From positions 233,973 to 297,972 of the forward strand of contig NZ_CAJYGQ010000013.1 in NCBI RefSeq assembly GCF_913773635.1: DNA of 64,000 bases, read 5' to 3'. Both the position numbers and the translations under genes were made by a program. Positions within the stretch are counted from its first letter, which is position 1; the number at the start of each line of letters is the position of its first letter. The notes below the pieces were generated by a model. The model did no database searches. It saw only the letters and a list, made by a program, of their open reading frames with translations, and was not told where the DNA came from. This stretch comes from an uncultured Mucilaginibacter sp. (GTDB taxonomy: Bacteria > Bacteroidota > Bacteroidia > Sphingobacteriales > Sphingobacteriaceae). Shown here piece after piece: positions 59,860-64,000 of the stretch.

Positions 59860-61507
59860 TTTTTTGCAGTATATGCTTGAGGTAAACATTTACCTCGCCC
59901 TTGCTTATTTGGGTTACTGGGCGCTATTGCGCCGGCAAACATTCTATAACGCAAACCGGGCTTACTTGCTTGTTTCCATTGTAGTTTGTTTTATAATTCC
60001 GCTGGTACAAATAAGCTTTGGAGCACGGCAACCAAGCGTAGCTACCCAAGTAACAATACAACAAAGCACAACGCAGGTGTTGACGGCTGCCGCACCCAAT
60101 ACCGCAGATGATGCTTTATTGGCGCCTTTTAAAGCCCTCACAGCGCTTTATTCAACCGGAGTGACACTCTCGCTTGTTTTATTACTTTCAAAGCTTTACA
60201 AGCTCTTAAAATTAATATCTGGAGGCAAGAGAAGCAAAGGCGATGGTTACATGCTTGTGCAGGTGCCTGAAACGCCATCGCCGTTTTCATTTATGAGCTA
60301 TGTATTTGTAGGTAATGAAGACCAAATGCAGCCTGTAATTTTGAAGCACGAATTGGTTCATATTAACCAAAAACACAGCTATGACATACTCTTCCTGGAG
60401 GTGGTAAAGGTAATTTGCTGGTTTAACCCAGTTGTATACCTGCTGCAAAATAGCCTCAAAACAATTCATGAATTTGAGGCCGACCGCCTTACGGCGGGAA
60501 AAACTGAGCAGGATAGCTATGTTGACTTTTTGATTGCCCAGGCTTGCCAAAATAGCGGCCTCAGCGTTGCCAATCACTTTTCTGAAAAAAACCTTTTAAA
60601 ATCAAGAATAATGAAGCTCTATCAAAAACGCTCAGGTAAATTAGCCAGGCTAAATTACCTCATGGCCCTGCCCTTATGCGCAGGCATGCTATGCGCCTCA
60701 TCGGCCGCATTTAGTAAAGAATATGGATTTAAAGTTGAGTGGGGAAAAGCTGCTTTAACCACCGGGTCAAACGCCAAAGCGATAGCCTCAACCATTGACT
60801 CGTTGAAAAAGTTACGCTTAAAAGTCATCAGTGGCAATACCACCACAGTAACTGATCAACTTAAAGTGAATGGCGCCAGCGGCAAGCAACTTGTATACAC
60901 CGCTCAAAATATCACCGAAAACGACAAAAGAAACTTAAAAGAAAAGTTTGGCATCAAGGTGGAAACTATAAGCGCTGAGAGCAATACAACCAGCATAATG
61001 GCGCTACCCCCGCCTCCGCCAGCTACCTCGCGCAATTCATCTAAATACAAGTTACCACCGCCACCGCCACCAATTGAAGGTAATTTAAAGGATGAAGACT
61101 TAACAGCAGGTGAGAAAACCAAACTTAAAAACGAAGGTAAATTGGTAACCTATTCGTTTCAAGAATTGCTTAAGCATGTAAACAGAAACATGCGCTACCC
61201 TGCTCAAGCGCAAAAAAATAACGTTACAGGTACACTGCTAACAAGCTTTAGGGTAGATGACAACAGAGAAGTATCAGACGTTACTATCAAACAAAGCGCA
61301 AATCCAGTTCTTGATTCTGAGGCGAAAAAAGCAATATCTGGCTACAAAGGAAAAGTGGTTGCTAAACCGGGAATTTATACAATGCGGTTAAGCTTTAAAC
61401 TTCAGTATCCGGATGGTAAAACGTCTGATAGCTATGAAAGCAAAAGTGAATTGGAAAGGCCTACCGCAGGTACAATCATCATAACTGCAGAAGGCGATAG
61501 CATTTAG
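59852..61507 (+). CDS. M56 family metallopeptidase (BlaR1-like) with C-terminal TonB_C-like domain
   Basis: TM N-terminus, PFSFMSYVF, KHELVH (HExxH), WFNPVVYL, HEFEAD, LKSRIMKL; poly-Pro linkers; C-terminal MRYPAQA...GTLLTSFRVD...LDSEA TonB_C-like domain. Confidence 0.9.
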   Translation: MINFLQYMLEVNIYLALAYLGYWALLRRQTFYNANRAYLLVSIVVCFIIPLVQISFGARQPSVATQVTIQQSTTQVLTAAAPNTADDALLAPFKALTALYSTGVTLSLVLLLSKLYKLLKLISGGKRSKGDGYMLVQVPETPSPFSFMSYVFVGNEDQMQPVILKHELVHINQKHSYDILFLEVVKVICWFNPVVYLLQNSLKTIHEFEADRLTAGKTEQDSYVDFLIAQACQNSGLSVANHFSEKNLLKSRIMKLYQKRSGKLARLNYLMALPLCAGMLCASSAAFSKEYGFKVEWGKAALTTGSNAKAIASTIDSLKKLRLKVISGNTTTVTDQLKVNGASGKQLVYTAQNITENDKRNLKEKFGIKVETISAESNTTSIMALPPPPPATSRNSSKYKLPPPPPPIEGNLKDEDLTAGEKTKLKNEGKLVTYSFQELLKHVNRNMRYPAQAQKNNVTGTLLTSFRVDDNREVSDVTIKQSANPVLDSEAKKAISGYKGKVVAKPGIYTMRLSFKLQYPDGKTSDSYESKSELERPTAGTIIITAEGDSI

Positions 61508-61551
61508 ATTTTAGTTTAATTAACACACATTAAAAACTAAATCACAGCGTT

Positions 61552-62178
61552 TTATATCTTAACATATATAACCTGCTTGGTCTCGAAGAACTCCTCCTCA
61601 AAGTAGTTTTTCAGGAAGTATTGCTGAACGGCTAAACCCGACTCGGCAATTTCCTGTTTAAGGTCTCCCCCTTTTAAATACAAAATTCCGTTGGTTAGAA
61701 TATTCTTCGAATCCTTGTTGAATTTACCTTTTACCCAAGGGTAAAAGTCTTTTAATTGCGTTACAGCGCGAGATACAACAAAATCAAATTTACCAGGTAT
61801 TTGCTCTGCACGGCTATGCGTTGCTTTCAGGTTTTTCAAGCCCACTGCCGATGCCACTTCGCTCACCACTTTTATTTTCTTGCCAATAGAATCAACCAGG
61901 TGAAAATCAGTTTCGGGAAACATAATGGCTAATGGCACACCCGGAAAACCACCGCCCGTACCCACATCAAGCACATGTTCGCCAGGCAAAAAGCTCATCA
62001 CCTTGGCAATTCCCAATGAATGAAGCACATGCCGCTCATACAATGAGTCCATGTCCTTGCGCGAGATGACGTTAATTTGCTGGTTCCAGTAATTGTACAG
62101 CTCAGAAAGTTGGTTGAATTGATCCTGCTGCTGATTTGTTACTTCAGGAAAATATTTAGTGATAAGTCCGGCGTCCAT
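61552..62178 (-). CDS. rsmG: 16S rRNA (guanine(527)-N7)-methyltransferase
   Basis: WNQQINVISR, RHVLHSL, LDVGTGGGFPG, DSIGKK, VVSRAV, LYLKGG. Confidence 0.96.
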   Translation of the reverse strand: MDAGLITKYFPEVTNQQQDQFNQLSELYNYWNQQINVISRKDMDSLYERHVLHSLGIAKVMSFLPGEHVLDVGTGGGFPGVPLAIMFPETDFHLVDSIGKKIKVVSEVASAVGLKNLKATHSRAEQIPGKFDFVVSRAVTQLKDFYPWVKGKFNKDSKNILTNGILYLKGGDLKQEIAESGLAVQQYFLKNYFEEEFFETKQVIYVKI

Positions 62179-62772
62179 TTATCGGTCAATGCGGTTAATG
62201 ATGTTACCCAACAGGTATTTGGCTCTGAATAATTGAGCTTTTACGGTACCTAGCGGCAAATCAAGTTGTTGTGCAATTTCTTCGTACGACAATTCATCGA
62301 AGTACCTCAACGTTAATAAATTACGGTAACGAGGTGGCAAACTCTCAATAAGCATCTTAATTTCATTTGACTGCTGCTTTTTTATTGATGTTTCCTCTGG
62401 GTTCAATGTATCAGCCTTAATCTGTAGAGGCCTGTCATCCTCCTCATCCATCATATTGTTGATAGAAACCGTGTTGAGCTTTTTTTTACGCAAAAAATCG
62501 ATACAGTTATTGGTGGCCACCCTAAACAGCCATGTGCTAAAAGCATAGTCTGGCTGGTATTTGTCCAGCTTTTCAAATGCCTTAGCAAAGGTTTCAACGG
62601 TTATGTCCATGGCATCCTCACGGTTGTTTACCATTTTAAGCGACATAAAGTATATCGAATCTTTGTAGCGCTGCATCAAATCAGCGAAAGCTTTCTGGCT
62701 TCCTTCTCTGGCTTTCAGCACCAGCTGATAGTCGTTTTTTGCGTTTTCGGTAAAGTTAGCGTTTACTTCCAT
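62179..62772 (-). CDS. ECF-type sigma-70 factor
   Basis: Region 2 (AMDITVETFAKAF...FSTWLFRVATNNCIDFLR) and region 4 (LSYEEIA..LDLPLGTVKAQLFRAK). Confidence 0.95.
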   Translation of the reverse strand: MEVNANFTENAKNDYQLVLKAREGSQKAFADLMQRYKDSIYFMSLKMVNNREDAMDITVETFAKAFEKLDKYQPDYAFSTWLFRVATNNCIDFLRKKKLNTVSINNMMDEEDDRPLQIKADTLNPEETSIKKQQSNEIKMLIESLPPRYRNLLTLRYFDELSYEEIAQQLDLPLGTVKAQLFRAKYLLGNIINRIDR

Positions 62773-63884
62773 TGTATGGTTTTTACAAATGTTCCTATTA
62801 AACCAAACACATTCAAGTACACATAATAAAGCAAATCAAAAAAAGGTAAATACCATATCAAATCTTTGCCTGTCAGCCTGTTAGCCGACTTTATGTAAAT
62901 TATAATTTGAGTTATTAACCTTACAGCATATAACCCGGCTATAATTGGTAACTGTATTTTAAAAACTATGCACAATACTAATGCCACATAGAAAAAGAAG
63001 CCACTTAAAGCTTCAAAACTTAGCATACGGCGGTGCTTGTTTTTGTACAGGCCCCCTACTCCCATGTGCCGCTTTTTCTGCCGGTAATAACCACCTAAGG
63101 TGCGCTTAGCATCAGTATATACAAAAGCATCTTTATGTATCTCAATTGCAGTATTGCTGGCGGTAGCGTTCTTATTTACAAATAAATCATCATCGCCTGC
63201 TAAAATATGCAAATGCGATGCAAACCCTTTTACGCTAAAAAATAATGATTTGGTATAAGCTAAATTACGACCAATACCCATATAAGCGTTGCGCCCCAAG
63301 GCTGCCGAAAAATAGGTAACTGCTGTTTTAAGCGTTTCGAAGCGTGTAAAGGCATTTATAAATCCTCTGCTCTTTTTATAGGGCGAATATCCCAATACAA
63401 TTTGCACACCGGGCGTAAATTGAGATGCCATCCGCGCAATCCAGTGCGGCGAAGCCGGTTCGCAATCGGCGTCGGTAAACAGTAGATGTTCGTGACTGGC
63501 GGCTTTTATACCCATGGTTAAGGCAAACTTTTTCCCGGTTTTAAAACGGGGGTGTTCTGTAACTGTAACCAATTTAAGGTGCGGATGGTTTTTGGCAAAA
63601 TCCTCTAACACCCAGCGAGTATCATCTACCGAACAATCATTAATGACAACTACCTCAAAATTAGCGTAATCTTGTGATAAAATTGCAGGCAAATACAGCT
63701 TAAGGTTTTCCGCCTCGTTACGGGCACTTATAATTACCGAAACCGGTAAGTTCACTGCTGAAACATCAGCATCGGGCACTTTGAAAGCAGCCAAACGACG
63801 CTGCACTATTAATAAAAAGCCCATTTGCCAAACAAAGCAAAGCGCAAAAAAACTCAATAAAACAAAGGGTATATATTGTTCCAA
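62763..63884 (-). CDS. Glycosyltransferase family 2, membrane-associated
   Basis: TTG start; VSVIISARNE, VINDCSVD, GKKFAL, FTDADC, GDDD, QKKRH motif; flanking TM helices. Confidence 0.92.
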   Translation of the reverse strand: MEQYIPFVLLSFFALCFVWQMGFLLIVQRRLAAFKVPDADVSAVNLPVSVIISARNEAENLKLYLPAILSQDYANFEVVVINDCSVDDTRWVLEDFAKNHPHLKLVTVTEHPRFKTGKKFALTMGIKAASHEHLLFTDADCEPASPHWIARMASQFTPGVQIVLGYSPYKKSRGFINAFTRFETLKTAVTYFSAALGRNAYMGIGRNLAYTKSLFFSVKGFASHLHILAGDDDLFVNKNATASNTAIEIHKDAFVYTDAKRTLGGYYRQKKRHMGVGGLYKNKHRRMLSFEALSGFFFYVALVLCIVFKIQLPIIAGLYAVRLITQIIIYIKSANRLTGKDLIWYLPFFDLLYYVYLNVFGLIGTFVKTIQWK

Positions 63885-64000
63885 ATTCGGGCACTTATTT
63901 CAAGCCGCAAATTTGTTAATTTTAAGCGAATTAGTAGGGAATTAGTTAAATTTAAAGAACACCAACAAAACGCCCTGAGAGGAAATGTAAATTCCTGCAC

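Overview
Chromosomal core-genome window from a Bacteroidota bacterium, most likely Sphingobacteriaceae (Mucilaginibacter-like). This is inferred from protein style, TAnnTTTG -7 promoter boxes and gene order; no database search was run. It holds about 54 CDS, mostly housekeeping and envelope genes (dnaE, tamB plus a lipidated Omp85, folC, tonB/exbD/exbB, dapD, gyrB, pyrF, rho, pssA, purS, folK, sppA, polX, rfaE2, dprA, rsmG). I found no rRNA, tRNA, CRISPR array, integrase or transposase. The most interesting signals are: (1) a 105-aa signal-peptide/His/CxxC/RGPP leader ORF upstream of a TonB-dependent transporter and divergent from a CDF exporter, resembling a CruR/CutF-type ribosome-stalling metal sensor; (2) a lone AbiJ-NTD-like plus Mrr-like nuclease gene next to dnaE, a candidate anti-phage gene; (3) five BlaI-type operator palindromes inside a perfect 26-bp inverted repeat between divergent dprA and blaI/M56-TonB; (4) an uncharacterised TPR / beta-barrel / HU-CCDC81-SPOR / ExbBD-TonB operon; (5) a PolX lacking its catalytic aspartates and a Rho with a Q/N/R/E repeat insert. 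Some starts were moved from the ORF track to more plausible downstream codons, and one 58-aa gene missing from the track was added.
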